DNA from: an uncultured cyanobacterium | Lineage (GTDB): Bacteria > Cyanobacteriota > Cyanobacteriia > PCC-6307 > Cyanobiaceae | Reading direction: 5' to 3' | DNA length: 64,000 bases | Assembly: GCA_963697335.1 (NCBI GenBank) | Contig: CAVONQ010000014.1 | Coordinates: 125,865 to 189,864 of the forward strand | In this document: positions 20,427 through 30,670 of the stretch, one piece after another | Position numbering within the stretch: the first letter of the stretch is position 1 | How the letters are laid out: each line of letters opens with the position of its first letter | Translations under genes and position numbers: made by a program | The notes under the pieces: model-generated | Told to the model about the DNA's origin: nothing | Databases searched by the model: none | The model's input: only the letters and a program-made list of their open reading frames with translations

Positions 20427-21530
20427 ATGGTTCGGAACGCCCGCAGGTTTCGCTGCTTAGGTCCCCTGGTGGCGGTGGCAACTGCGGTCAGCTTGTCCAT
20501 ACCTGGTGCCCAGGCCCAGGGTCCTGGAGCGGTAGCTCCAGGAGAAGCTCTGATCCAGGAATCGATCCTGCAGGATGATGTCTACATCCTTGGACCGGGT
20601 GATGGCCTGCAGCTCAGACTGCTGGCCGCCACTGATCTCTCTGGTCCGGTGGATATTCTCAACGACGGCACGGCGGCGCTGCCCTTGCTGGGCAATGTGG
20701 TGCTGTCCGGCCTCACCCTGTCGCAGGCCAGCCAATGGCTGCAGTTGCTCTACAGGGAGCAACTGCTGCGGCCTGATCTGCAACTCAGCGTGGTGCGCCC
20801 GCGCCCCCTGCGGGTGGCGGTGATTGGGGAGGTGGAACGGCCTGGGCTGTACACCCTCACCACCTCGGAAGCCTCCACAACTCAGGCCGCCGTGGCGATC
20901 ACCGGGGTGTCCACCCTGGTGGATGCGGTTCAGAAGGCTGGCGGCATCACCGGGCTGGCCAACCTGCGCCAGGTGACCCTGCAGCGTCGGGTCCCAGGGT
21001 CACCACCTCGGTTCAAGCGCACCCGCGTGAATCTGCTTGATCTGGTGCTGGAAGGCGATCAGCTGCAGAATCCAGTGCTCTTCGATGGCGACACCATCCG
21101 GGTGGAGCGGGCCGTGGAAGAAGTGGCCGAGCTCACCGAGCTGGCCGCCACCACCCTGTCGCCGCAGGCGATCGATGTGAATGTGGTGGGAGAGGTGAAG
21201 GCTCCTGGACGCCTGCAGGTGCCCGCCAACACGCCGATGATGCAGGCGGTGCTGGCAGCCGGTGGGGTGCAGCCCTGGCGGGCCAGCACCTCAAAGCTGG
21301 AGCTGGTGCGGATCAACCGCAACGGCACCGTGACCCGCCGCCTCTACTCCCTGGATTTTGACCAGGGCCCCTCCAACCTCAAGAACCCCCCCCTGCGGCA
21401 AGGCGACACCGTGATCGTGAACCGCAGCCGCTATGCGGTCACCGCCGATGCTGTGCAGGCGGTGACCCAGCCCATCACCGGCCTGGTGAATGTGCTGGCG
21501 CTGATCCAGATCCTGGACAACACAAACTGA
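20427..21530 (+). CDS. wza: Second OPX/Wza-family polysaccharide export protein
   Basis: YILGPGD...ILNDG; SLBB repeats; clear paralogue of 5295-6548. Confidence 0.9.
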   Translation: MVRNARRFRCLGPLVAVATAVSLSIPGAQAQGPGAVAPGEALIQESILQDDVYILGPGDGLQLRLLAATDLSGPVDILNDGTAALPLLGNVVLSGLTLSQASQWLQLLYREQLLRPDLQLSVVRPRPLRVAVIGEVERPGLYTLTTSEASTTQAAVAITGVSTLVDAVQKAGGITGLANLRQVTLQRRVPGSPPRFKRTRVNLLDLVLEGDQLQNPVLFDGDTIRVERAVEEVAELTELAATTLSPQAIDVNVVGEVKAPGRLQVPANTPMMQAVLAAGGVQPWRASTSKLELVRINRNGTVTRRLYSLDFDQGPSNLKNPPLRQGDTVIVNRSRYAVTADAVQAVTQPITGLVNVLALIQILDNTN

Positions 21531-21991
21531 TGGCCCTTGCCAAGAGCTGGGTGCTCACCGCCGAACTGGCGGTGGGCTCCGCCCCGCAGCACAACGAAGA
21601 CCTTCAGGAGCTGTCCCGGGAGAAAGTGCGCTCCGTGCTCACCCTGTGCAGCCCCCACGAGGTGGTCCTGCCCCAGGCCCTGCTCCAGGAGTTCCACTGG
21701 GAACGGGCGGCCATGCCGGACCATCGCGCTGATCATCCGCCCGCGCCGCATCATCTCGAGCAGGCGATCGACGCCCTGGCCCGGCTGCGGCAGCACGGCC
21801 CTGTTTATGTGCACTGCCTCGCCGGTGTGGAGCGCTCACCGCTGGTGGCGGCGGCCTGGCTGATGCGCGAACGCGGGCTCAACCGGCTGCAGGCTCTCGA
21901 CTATCTGATGCAGGTCCATCCCCTCACCAATCCCATGCCGGAACAGCTGGCGGTTCTGAGCGGCTGGGAACCCAGGGCCAGGGTGGCCTGA
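21530..21991 (+). CDS. Dual-specificity / Cys-based protein phosphatase
   Basis: CX5R loop VYVHCLAGVERS; upstream PDH general-acid loop. Confidence 0.88.
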   Translation: MALAKSWVLTAELAVGSAPQHNEDLQELSREKVRSVLTLCSPHEVVLPQALLQEFHWERAAMPDHRADHPPAPHHLEQAIDALARLRQHGPVYVHCLAGVERSPLVAAAWLMRERGLNRLQALDYLMQVHPLTNPMPEQLAVLSGWEPRARVA

Positions 21992-23125
21992 GTGGGTATG
22001 GAACCTGAGGCCATCTATGTGACCAAGCCCCACCTCCCGCCTCTGGAAGAGGTGGTGAAGCTGCTGGAGGGGGTGTGGGACCGGCGCATTCTCACCAATG
22101 CGGGCCCGTTGCATGAGCAGCTGGAAGCAGACCTGGCCAGCCATCTGGGTGTGGAGCATCTCTCCCTCTTCGCCAATGGCACCCTGGCTCTGCTCGTGGC
22201 GCTGAAGGCCCTGCGGCTGCAGGGTGAAGTGATCACAACCCCGTTCTCCTTCGTGGCCACCAGCGAGGCGTTGAGCTGGAACGGCTTGGAGCCGGTGTTC
22301 GCCGATATCGATCCCCGCAGTTTCGGCCTCGACCCCCGCAGCATCGAGGCCAGCATCACACCACGCACAAGTGCGATTCTGGCGGTGCATTGCTATGGCT
22401 TCCCATGTGATGTTGAGGCGATCCAGCGCATCGCTGACGACTACAACCTGCGAGTGATCTATGACGCTGCCCATGCCTTCGGAGTGAATTGTCACTGTGG
22501 TTCGCTGCTGCAACACGGTGATCTCTCGATCATGAGTTTTCATGCCACCAAGGTGTTCACCACATTCGAGGGTGGGGCGATCGTGAGCCCCGACGCCAAA
22601 ACCAAGAAGCGCATCGACAGGCTCAAGAACTTCGGCTTCGTGGATGAAATCACGGTGGCCTCCAACGGCATCAACGCCAAGATGAGTGAGTTGCACGCGG
22701 CGGTGGGCCTTGCGCAGCTGCCCGGCATCGACGACGCCATCGCCCGGCGGGCAACGGTGGCAGAAGCCTATGGCGAACTCCTCGCCGATCTATCGGGCTT
22801 GACACTGCCGGATTTCGGGCAGATGGACCGGCCAAACTACGCCTACTACCCGGTGCTGGTGAGCGATCAGGCCCTGCTCAATCGCGACCTGCTCCTGGAG
22901 GAGATGCGGAGCCACGGCATCGTGCCGCGCCGTTACTTCCACCCACTCATTCCTGAATTTCAGTATTACCGCAGCAATCCCAGTGCCGATCCCTGCCGCT
23001 ATCCCGTGTCGGCGCGGCTGTCCGGCCAGGTGCTGTGCCTGCCCATCTATCCAGACCTCTCCAGGGCAGATGTGGAACGGATCAGCGCCGTGATCCGTGG
23101 GGCCCTCCGGGAGGAGAAGCTCTGA
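21992..23125 (+). CDS. DegT/DnrJ/EryC1/StrS sugar aminotransferase (VioA-like)
   Basis: NGTLAL, TTPFSFVAT, IYDAAHAFG, SFHATK (PLP Lys), GINAKMSE. Confidence 0.93.
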   Translation: MGMEPEAIYVTKPHLPPLEEVVKLLEGVWDRRILTNAGPLHEQLEADLASHLGVEHLSLFANGTLALLVALKALRLQGEVITTPFSFVATSEALSWNGLEPVFADIDPRSFGLDPRSIEASITPRTSAILAVHCYGFPCDVEAIQRIADDYNLRVIYDAAHAFGVNCHCGSLLQHGDLSIMSFHATKVFTTFEGGAIVSPDAKTKKRIDRLKNFGFVDEITVASNGINAKMSELHAAVGLAQLPGIDDAIARRATVAEAYGELLADLSGLTLPDFGQMDRPNYAYYPVLVSDQALLNRDLLLEEMRSHGIVPRRYFHPLIPEFQYYRSNPSADPCRYPVSARLSGQVLCLPIYPDLSRADVERISAVIRGALREEKL

Positions 23126-25062
23126 TGGGGGCATTTCTGCCCAGGGTTGCCCGCGGCCTTGCCACCAGCCTCGGCATCCAGCTGAGTCAGGAGCCAGCCT
23201 CACGGCTGATCCGGCGAACCGCTCTGGAGCAGTGGAGGCTGCTGGCACTGGCCAGCATCAGCAACCTGGGCCGAGCCGCCCTGGAGGGAGCGAGCCTGGG
23301 CACGGTGTTCCTGGCGGTGGATCTACTCGGCCAGAATCCCGCCGGAGCGGTGACCTGGCAGACCAAGCCCCTGATTTCTGGCCTGCCCGGGCTGGTGGAC
23401 TGGCTGGAGAGCCTCTCGCCAGGGCGGCTGTTCCTGGGCCTGATCCTGTTGGCGGTGGGCCTCAAGCTGGCCCAGGCCCTGCTGCAATTTCTCAACAGTG
23501 TGAGCGTGGGCAGATTCACGGCCCGCTGCAAGCGCCGCATCCGTGCCCTGATCCACCACAGCATCACCGGCCTGAGCTTCGCGTGCGCCAGCGGCTACCG
23601 CGTGGGGGATCTCACCGAGTTGGCCGTTGAGGCCCCCGATACGGTGCGGCGTGAGATCGAGGCCAGCAATGCCCTGCTGATCCAGGGGTTGATGGCCCTC
23701 ACCTACCTGGCCGTGCTGATCAGTCTCTCCCCCTGGCTGCTGCTGGCCGCAGGCCTGATTGTGCTGTTGGTGGTGCTGCTGCAGCAGCAGCTGCTGCCGC
23801 GCATCCGCCGCACGGCCTCACGGCTCACGGCGGCGAGTGTGGCGATCAGCAGCCGCCTCACCGAAACCATCCAGGGGTTACGGCTGCTGCACAGCCTTGG
23901 CTGGCTGGACACTGCCGATGCGGAGTTCCAGGAGCAGCTGGGGGAGCAGGAGCAGGCTCAGCGGCGTCAGGCGCTGCTGCTGGCAGTGCTGGAGCCGATC
24001 AGCGGCCTGTTGCCGCTGCTGGCCATCGCCGCCATCGCCCTGGTGAGCGTGATGGCCTTCGGCACCCGGGCCTCGGGGGTGCTGCCCAGCCTGGTGGTGT
24101 TCGTGCTGGCGTTGCAACGGCTCAACATGGCCATCAACGGCATCGCCGGCAGCTACAGCCTGCTCAGTTCCAATGCGGCCAATCTGGAGCGGCTTAATAC
24201 GTTCCTGCGGCCCGAGGGCAAGCAGTTCCGACGGTTGGGCGGCGTGCCGTTCGAGGGGTTCAGTGAGACCATCCGCCTGGAGGGGGTGGGTCTGCGCTAC
24301 GGGCTGGATCGGCCCTGGGTGCTGCGCGGCATCGATCTGGAGATTCGCCGGGGCAGCACCGTGGCGCTGGTGGGAGCCAGCGGCGCAGGCAAGAGCTCGA
24401 TCGCCGATCTGCTGGCGGGCCTGTATGAGCCCAGTGAAGGGCGCATCCTGATCGACGGTGTGGATCTGCGGGAGCTGGATCTGGCCAGCTGGCAGCGCCG
24501 GCTGGGGGTGGTGAGCCAGGACACGTTTCTGTTCAACGCCACCCTGGCGGAGAACATCGGCTTCGGCTCCCCTGGGGCGAGCCAGGCGGCGATCGCGGCG
24601 GCGGCGGCCCGCGCCCAGGCAGCTGAGTTCATCGAGGCGCTCCCTGACGGCTACCACACCCTGGTGGGCGAGCGCGGCTACCGGCTCAGCGGTGGCCAGC
24701 GACAGCGCATCTCGCTGGCACGGGCATTTTTGCGCGATCCGGAACTGTTGATCCTCGATGAGGCCACCAGCGCCCTGGATTCCGCCAGCGAACGGCTGGT
24801 GCAGGAGGCGATCGAGGCCTTCGAGCGCGAGCACACGGTGCTGGTGATCGCACACCGGCTGAGCACGATCGTGCGGGCCGATGAGATCATGGTTGTGGAT
24901 GGCGGGCGGGTCGTCGAGCGGGGGCGGCATGGAGACTTACTGAACCAGGAGGTCATCTACAGACGTCTCTGGACGCAGCAGGCCCATCTGCTACAGGGCA
25001 CTCCAGGCCGTGATGCAGCGATTCGATCCAGACCTCAAACCAATGAACCACATCCCTGGTAA
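23125..25062 (+). CDS. ABC transporter with fused TMD-NBD (MsbA/PglK/HepA type)
   Basis: TM domain; GASGAGKS, LSGGQRQR, LILDEATSALD, IAHRLST; ATG overlaps the upstream stop. Confidence 0.93.
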   Translation: MGAFLPRVARGLATSLGIQLSQEPASRLIRRTALEQWRLLALASISNLGRAALEGASLGTVFLAVDLLGQNPAGAVTWQTKPLISGLPGLVDWLESLSPGRLFLGLILLAVGLKLAQALLQFLNSVSVGRFTARCKRRIRALIHHSITGLSFACASGYRVGDLTELAVEAPDTVRREIEASNALLIQGLMALTYLAVLISLSPWLLLAAGLIVLLVVLLQQQLLPRIRRTASRLTAASVAISSRLTETIQGLRLLHSLGWLDTADAEFQEQLGEQEQAQRRQALLLAVLEPISGLLPLLAIAAIALVSVMAFGTRASGVLPSLVVFVLALQRLNMAINGIAGSYSLLSSNAANLERLNTFLRPEGKQFRRLGGVPFEGFSETIRLEGVGLRYGLDRPWVLRGIDLEIRRGSTVALVGASGAGKSSIADLLAGLYEPSEGRILIDGVDLRELDLASWQRRLGVVSQDTFLFNATLAENIGFGSPGASQAAIAAAAARAQAAEFIEALPDGYHTLVGERGYRLSGGQRQRISLARAFLRDPELLILDEATSALDSASERLVQEAIEAFEREHTVLVIAHRLSTIVRADEIMVVDGGRVVERGRHGDLLNQEVIYRRLWTQQAHLLQGTPGRDAAIRSRPQTNEPHPW

Positions 25063-25187
25063 AAGCGCACCGGATCATCTCAAACAAGCTTAAGCCAATT
25101 GGCCCCATGCTCTTGCATTCAATGCTCATCCTACTTAACCCATCTTGCAAAGGATGGCTCCATTATCTCACTAAACACTAGTCAACA

Positions 25188-26195
25188 ATGAGAGATGTCC
25201 GCTGTGCAATCGTAGAGAGTCGAAGTTGGCCCAAGGCTGGCTCGCCAGACGAGAGCATTTATGGCTACAGGAGCTACAGGTTCTCATCATCGTGCAATCA
25301 GTACGCCATTAGCATAGACATAATATCGCCATTCTCAGAAGTCCAAAAGGGCTATCATTATTACTTTATTTCTGACGATCTATGTGACTCTGGTTTTCCA
25401 GCCTTTATTCCCTACAGGAACAGAGTCGCCCTGCTTAAAGAGTCTCCCAAGTATATCAGTCAATTACATCACGACAGGATATCCAAACTCTTTCCTCACA
25501 TTTTGACAAATATTGAGTTTCTTGCTTTGCGGCATGACAACTTCAGACTAGTTCCATTTTCATCCAATTTTCTCGGGATAGATTCTAGGCAGTCTGGATT
25601 TTCGCTTCCTTCACTTGAGGAGAAGTCAAAGCTCTGCTCAATGATTGCGAATTTAGGTCATGATTTACAGGAGGATGGCTACTCCATGAGAATGTCTATT
25701 TTTCGACTCGCCCAGAACTCAGCAGCTGTAGATATCTATGGCCGTGCTACTAGGCCCATCCACAGCAAAGCCGAGGCGCTAAGGCCCTATTGCTTCAGTG
25801 TTGCAATGGAGAACAACCGAGAGGATCTCTACTTTACCGAAAAGATTATTGATTGCATTTTATGTGGCACTATACCCGTCTACTACGGCTGCCCTTCGAT
25901 TTCACACATATTTGATTCGCGCGGAATACTATCCTTTTCGTGCAAGAAAGAATTCAATAACATCATTGGCAGCCTATCGTTTGATCTTTATCGTGATCTG
26001 AGGAGATACGTGGAATGGAATGTTAGCGAGGCATTTGCCCGACACTATGACAGCTTCGAAGGCTACCTTAAGCGTGCTATGTCTTGTCTTCTTGGCAGAG
26101 CACCATCCCCACCCACACCTTACAGGCTTCGTTACGGCATTGGCTCGAAGATAATGAGACGCTACAGACTGGTTGAATCGTTTACAGCAACATAG
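25188..26195 (+). CDS. GT10-like (alpha-1,3-fucosyltransferase-like) glycosyltransferase
   Basis: YCFSVAMENNREDLYFTEKIIDCILCGTIPVYYG matches the GT10 motif; AT-richer DNA. Confidence 0.75.
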   Translation: MRDVRCAIVESRSWPKAGSPDESIYGYRSYRFSSSCNQYAISIDIISPFSEVQKGYHYYFISDDLCDSGFPAFIPYRNRVALLKESPKYISQLHHDRISKLFPHILTNIEFLALRHDNFRLVPFSSNFLGIDSRQSGFSLPSLEEKSKLCSMIANLGHDLQEDGYSMRMSIFRLAQNSAAVDIYGRATRPIHSKAEALRPYCFSVAMENNREDLYFTEKIIDCILCGTIPVYYGCPSISHIFDSRGILSFSCKKEFNNIIGSLSFDLYRDLRRYVEWNVSEAFARHYDSFEGYLKRAMSCLLGRAPSPPTPYRLRYGIGSKIMRRYRLVESFTAT

Positions 26196-26197
26196 AA

Positions 26198-27952
26198 TTG
26201 GCGATGATTACTAGAGCTGTCGTACTCAAGAGCCCTGGCTTTGCTGGACTTGGAGATCTGATTCTTGCTTTAGATCGAGCCCTGCAGCTAGCCCTAGCAA
26301 CTGATCGGACGCTGGTGATCGATTGGCGAGATACGCCCTACAGCCGAGGCGAAAGCAACCTGGCCGACCAACTCTTTGAGCTGCATGGGGTGCACCATCT
26401 CCCGCCAATGGTACTGGCTAGAGCTACTGGAGACGTACTGCCCGTGGCATGGCAAGGGCACCTGGATCAGCCGTTGCGACACGTGTATGCCAGCCTGCGC
26501 GCCGACAACTGGAATCGCGCTTGGGCCAGCGCCAAGCTAGATGCTGGGCTGGCCGCCCTGGATTCAGATGCCGCCTGGGTGGTGGTCTGGGACCACAGTT
26601 CTAAAGCACTGCAAGCTGCGGCATTGCGTCGCCTGGGATCTCCTGAAGCGCCGCCACTGAGCAACCACATCCTGCCCCACTCTGCACTCCAGGATGCGAT
26701 CAGCACCTTCCGCCATCAGCACTTTCGCAAGCCCATCATCGGGGTGCATCTGCGCGCGAGCAGCGAGGCGATGCGGGCAGGCAAGAGTGCCGATCTACAT
26801 CAGGTTTTTCAGTGCCTCGATCAGCTGCAGGCCAGCCACCCCTGGAGCGACCTGTTTCTTGCCTCCGACAACGCCGCCGCCATCGAGGCCATGCGGGCAC
26901 GCTACCCCGACGTGCTCACCCGGCCTAAATGGCTGCCCGCCATCGATACCCCCCTGCACCTGGCCGAAGGTGCCGAGCCTTCGGGCCTAGGCATCGCCCG
27001 CGACGCCCTGATCGAGCTGGCCCTTCTGGCCTCCTGCGACTGGCTGCTTCATCCGGCCCTCTCGTCGTTCAGCCTGGCCTCAGCACGTCTAGCTGATCTA
27101 CAGCCTCACCAGCTTTTTCCCATTCAAAGCCCATCCCTTTATCCTGGCGCAGGGTCAAAAGCTTTCAGACCTTCCGTGAACATCATTAACTCACTGAAAA
27201 ATGTATACAGACGTATCCGCTATGCGCATTCATGCCCGGTGTGCGGCGGGAGCTTTGATGCATTCACGCCAATCGATCCCAAATACCAGAGCGATCTAAC
27301 GCAAGCAGGATCTGAAATTCTGTTGGATGAATTCGAAACTCTCAATACAAGCCAATATTCGTGCCCGCTTTGTGGCACAGCTGATCGGAACCGGTTAGCA
27401 GCCTTGGCATTAGCGAAGCTTCGGCCTGTCAGCCCTGAATTCCAGCTGCTCGATATCGCTCCATCGGGCATGCTCTCTGCCCACATCAAGAAAACATACA
27501 GCTGTCGTTACAGAACGGCAGACATTAACATGACAGGAGTAGACGAGAAGCTTGATATTCAAGACATGGCTGCCTACTCAACCTCCAGCTTGAATGGAAT
27601 CATCTGCTCACATGTGCTTGAGCATGTTGAGAATGACCGACTGGCGCTCGAGGAATTTTACCGAGTTCTTGATCAAAGTGGCTGGGCACTGCTGTCGGTA
27701 CCGATTTATAGAGGAATATCCTCCACACTGGAAGAAGACGGGGAGCCATTGATCCCAGAAGAGCGCTGCCGGCGCTTTGGGCAAAACGACCATGCACGTC
27801 TTTATGAGAAAAACTCATTCATGACAAGACTAAAGGCAGCCGGATTTATCGTAGAGCGAATGGGCGTCGACACTTTTGGAGAACAAGCCTTCAGGCGACA
27901 TGGAATTGCCCCCACAAGTGCTATCTACTTATGCAAAAAGGACGATCAATAG
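26198..27952 (+). CDS. Fusion: NodZ/GT23-like fucosyltransferase domain plus Zn-ribbon class I SAM methyltransferase
   Basis: N half GLGD...LVIDWR, IGVHLR, LFLASD, LLASCD, SSFS; C half CPVC..CPLC, LLDIAP, IICSHVLEHV. Confidence 0.75.
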   Translation: MAMITRAVVLKSPGFAGLGDLILALDRALQLALATDRTLVIDWRDTPYSRGESNLADQLFELHGVHHLPPMVLARATGDVLPVAWQGHLDQPLRHVYASLRADNWNRAWASAKLDAGLAALDSDAAWVVVWDHSSKALQAAALRRLGSPEAPPLSNHILPHSALQDAISTFRHQHFRKPIIGVHLRASSEAMRAGKSADLHQVFQCLDQLQASHPWSDLFLASDNAAAIEAMRARYPDVLTRPKWLPAIDTPLHLAEGAEPSGLGIARDALIELALLASCDWLLHPALSSFSLASARLADLQPHQLFPIQSPSLYPGAGSKAFRPSVNIINSLKNVYRRIRYAHSCPVCGGSFDAFTPIDPKYQSDLTQAGSEILLDEFETLNTSQYSCPLCGTADRNRLAALALAKLRPVSPEFQLLDIAPSGMLSAHIKKTYSCRYRTADINMTGVDEKLDIQDMAAYSTSSLNGIICSHVLEHVENDRLALEEFYRVLDQSGWALLSVPIYRGISSTLEEDGEPLIPEERCRRFGQNDHARLYEKNSFMTRLKAAGFIVERMGVDTFGEQAFRRHGIAPTSAIYLCKKDDQ

Positions 27953-28998
27953 ATGTTCTCAGGACTACACAACAGCCGAAACTGGGCATGGCCTGATGCG
28001 GGCTGGGTCTTCCGCGACCAGATGGCCGCCATTCCGGCCGAGGAGATCTCCGACCAGGCCGTGCTGGTGAGGTTACCGGCAGTTAGCGTGATCATGCTGG
28101 CCTACAACCATGCCCCCTGGCTGGAGGAGGCAGTGGAGAGCGTGATGCGGCAGCAACTGGGTGAGCCCTTCGAGCTGCTGATCGGGGAAGACCGCTCCAG
28201 CGACCACACCCTCGATCTAGCCCTCAGCCTGCAGCGACGCTGGCCCGAACGTATCCGGGTGATTCATGCCCCAACCAACGTTGGCATGCGCGACAACGTG
28301 CTGCGCTTGCTGGTGCGGGCACGGGCGCTCAGTGATTGCCTTCCTCGAGGGCGACGACCACTGGGTTTGCGACACGAAACTCAAACAACAGCTCGCGCTG
28401 TTGAGAGCCGATCCGCTCCCTCTCCTGCGTCGCTGGAATCACCCAGAATCGCCCCACGTCCCTGCCCCCGAACTCTGGCAAAACCGGTTCCGCGTTGCCA
28501 GATCTGCTGCGCCGCTATTCCGTTCACTTCTCGGCACTGATGTTTCGTACCGAGCTGGCTATTCCCTATCCAAACTTCCCCGAGGGAGCCTTTGATTCGA
28601 CGTTGCTTTGCCCTGCTCGCATCAAAGGGGATTGCGCCATGATCCCTAGCCTCTGTCTTACTACCGCCGCCATCCCGGCGGCTATTGGACGGGCGCCGAT
28701 AGGCTCCATCGTCTGCAGATGAGCCGGGAGTGCATCGATGCCCTTGATGCCTATTTCTTCGGCCGTTTTCGACCGCGAACTCGCCGACCGAGAATTTTGG
28801 ATCTACGGAATGGACTGGCAGCTGCCAGAGCGGCAGCCATGGGCACATTGGCGCCAGTCGTGGGGGATTCTGTACAGGCAGGCGCCCAGGCTTCTGGGCC
28901 GCTCGCCTCAGACGCTTCCTATTGCTCTTCTTGCGCACCCTGCTTCAGCCGATGAGCTTCGCCATTCGTTGGCTGCGCCGCAGCTTGGCCCTAGGTAG
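27953..28998 (+). pseudogene. GT2 glycosyltransferase split by several indels
   Basis: VSVIMLAYNH..IGEDRSSD, then IAFLEGDDHW, HFSALMFR and YYRRHPGGYW in successive different frames. Confidence 0.75.
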
Positions 28999-29020
28999 CC
29001 GCCTCAGGCACCTCCTGAGC

Positions 29021-29698
29021 ATGTCCCAGCCGTGAGTGCGCTCCCTTGCTGCTGTTCGGCGCCGGTGGCCATGCCCACGCGCTGCTCGCCGTGCTGCAGC
29101 GGCACGGGGGATTCACCCCTGTGGGCCTGATCGATTCCTTCCAGGTCCCAGGCACCCTGGCCCACGGGATTGCCATCCTTGGGGCCGAATGCGACGTGCC
29201 GCACTTGTGCCAGTCCCATGGGGTGCGCCATCTGCTTGTGGCCGTGGGCGACAACGGCCAGCGCCAGGCGATCACCCGCCGATTGGCCGCCTCCGTGCCG
29301 GATGCAATCTTCCCCACCCTGATCGATCCCACCGCTGTGGTGGCCGCCGATGCCCGGCTCGGTTCCGGAGTTGTGGTGATGGCCCAGGCCCATGTGGGCG
29401 CGGGCTGTGAGCTGGGCGAGGGGGTGCTGGTGAACACCAGGGCCAGCCTGGATCACGATTCGCGCCTGGGCGCCTTCTCTAGCCTGGCCCCGGGGTGATC
29501 ACCGGCGGCCGGGTGAGGCTCGGTGAACGCAGCTCCATCGGCCTTGGCGCGATCCTGCGCGACGGCATTGAGGTCGGCGCCGACACAGTGGTGGGGGCCG
29601 GCTCTTTGGTGCTGCAGTCCATCCCTTCAGGGGTGGTGGCCTACGGCTCGCCTGCCCAGGTGATCCGCAGCCGCCAGCCCGATGAGCCCTATCTCTGA
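29021..29698 (+). pseudogene. NeuD/PglD/VioB-family sugar acetyltransferase, frameshifted
   Basis: LFGAGGHA, VAVGDN, hexapeptide repeats, AYGSPA; one extra G in the G4 run at 29492-29495 joins the two ORFs. Confidence 0.85.
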
Positions 29699-29704
29699 GC
29701 CCGG

Positions 29705-30670
29705 ATGCCGATGAGCGAGCGCCTCGTTTCCACCATCATTCCGGTGTTCAACCGCCCCGTGATGGTGCGGGCGGCCGTGGCCTCGGTGCTGGCCCAGACC
29801 CATCGGCCGATCGAGATCCTGCTGGTGGACGACGGCTCCACTGACCACACGCCCGAGGTGCTGGCCGAGCTGCAGGCCGCCCACCCCAGTGAGATCCGGG
29901 TGCTGCGCCAGGCCAATGCCGGTGCCGGCGCGGCCCGCGAAACCGGTCGCCTGGCCGCCCGCGGCGCTTTCATCCAATACCTCGACAGCGACGATCTGCT
30001 GCTACCCAACAAGTTCGCCGACCAGCTGGCGGCCCTGGAGGACCATCCCGACTGCGCCATCGCCTACGGCACCTCGCGCCACGTGCATGCCGACGGCCGG
30101 GTGCTGGAGGATCCCAGCCGCCACACAGCCGAGCAGATCGATCACCTCTTCCCCCTGCTGCTGGTGGAGCGCTGGTGGCACACCCACACGCCGCTGTTTC
30201 GCCGCTGGATCAGTGATGCCGCCGGCCCCTGGCCACCCTTTCGCCCGGAAGACTGGGATCTCGAGGCCCGCATGGGCGCCCTGCGGCCCCGGCTGATCCA
30301 CTGCGGCAGCACTGTGTCGGTGCAGGTGGACCACGAGTCCGCCAACCGGGTGACCCGTGGACCCAGTGTGGACGCCCTGCGCGACACGGCCCGCTTCTAC
30401 CCCCGGCTCTACGCCGCTGCCCTGCTGGCAGACGTGCCCTTCGAAGCCCCCCAGTGGCAGCGCTTCAGTGATGAGTGTTTCGTGCGGGCCCGGCTGCTAC
30501 ATCAAAGCGGCGATAAGGCTCTCGGCGATCGACTGCTGAGGCTCGCCGAACTCAGCTCCCCCGGCAGCGGCCGGATGATCCGCAGCTACGGCCTGCTGAG
30601 GCGGACGGTGGGGCCGGCGCTGGGCTCCCGTCTTGCCCATCTGGCCCGAACGGGCCACTGGCCGGCATGA
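29705..30670 (+). CDS. GT2 glycosyltransferase
   Basis: VSTIIPVFNR, VDDGSTD, YLDSDD, EDWD. Confidence 0.92.
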   Translation: MPMSERLVSTIIPVFNRPVMVRAAVASVLAQTHRPIEILLVDDGSTDHTPEVLAELQAAHPSEIRVLRQANAGAGAARETGRLAARGAFIQYLDSDDLLLPNKFADQLAALEDHPDCAIAYGTSRHVHADGRVLEDPSRHTAEQIDHLFPLLLVERWWHTHTPLFRRWISDAAGPWPPFRPEDWDLEARMGALRPRLIHCGSTVSVQVDHESANRVTRGPSVDALRDTARFYPRLYAAALLADVPFEAPQWQRFSDECFVRARLLHQSGDKALGDRLLRLAELSSPGSGRMIRSYGLLRRTVGPALGSRLAHLARTGHWPA

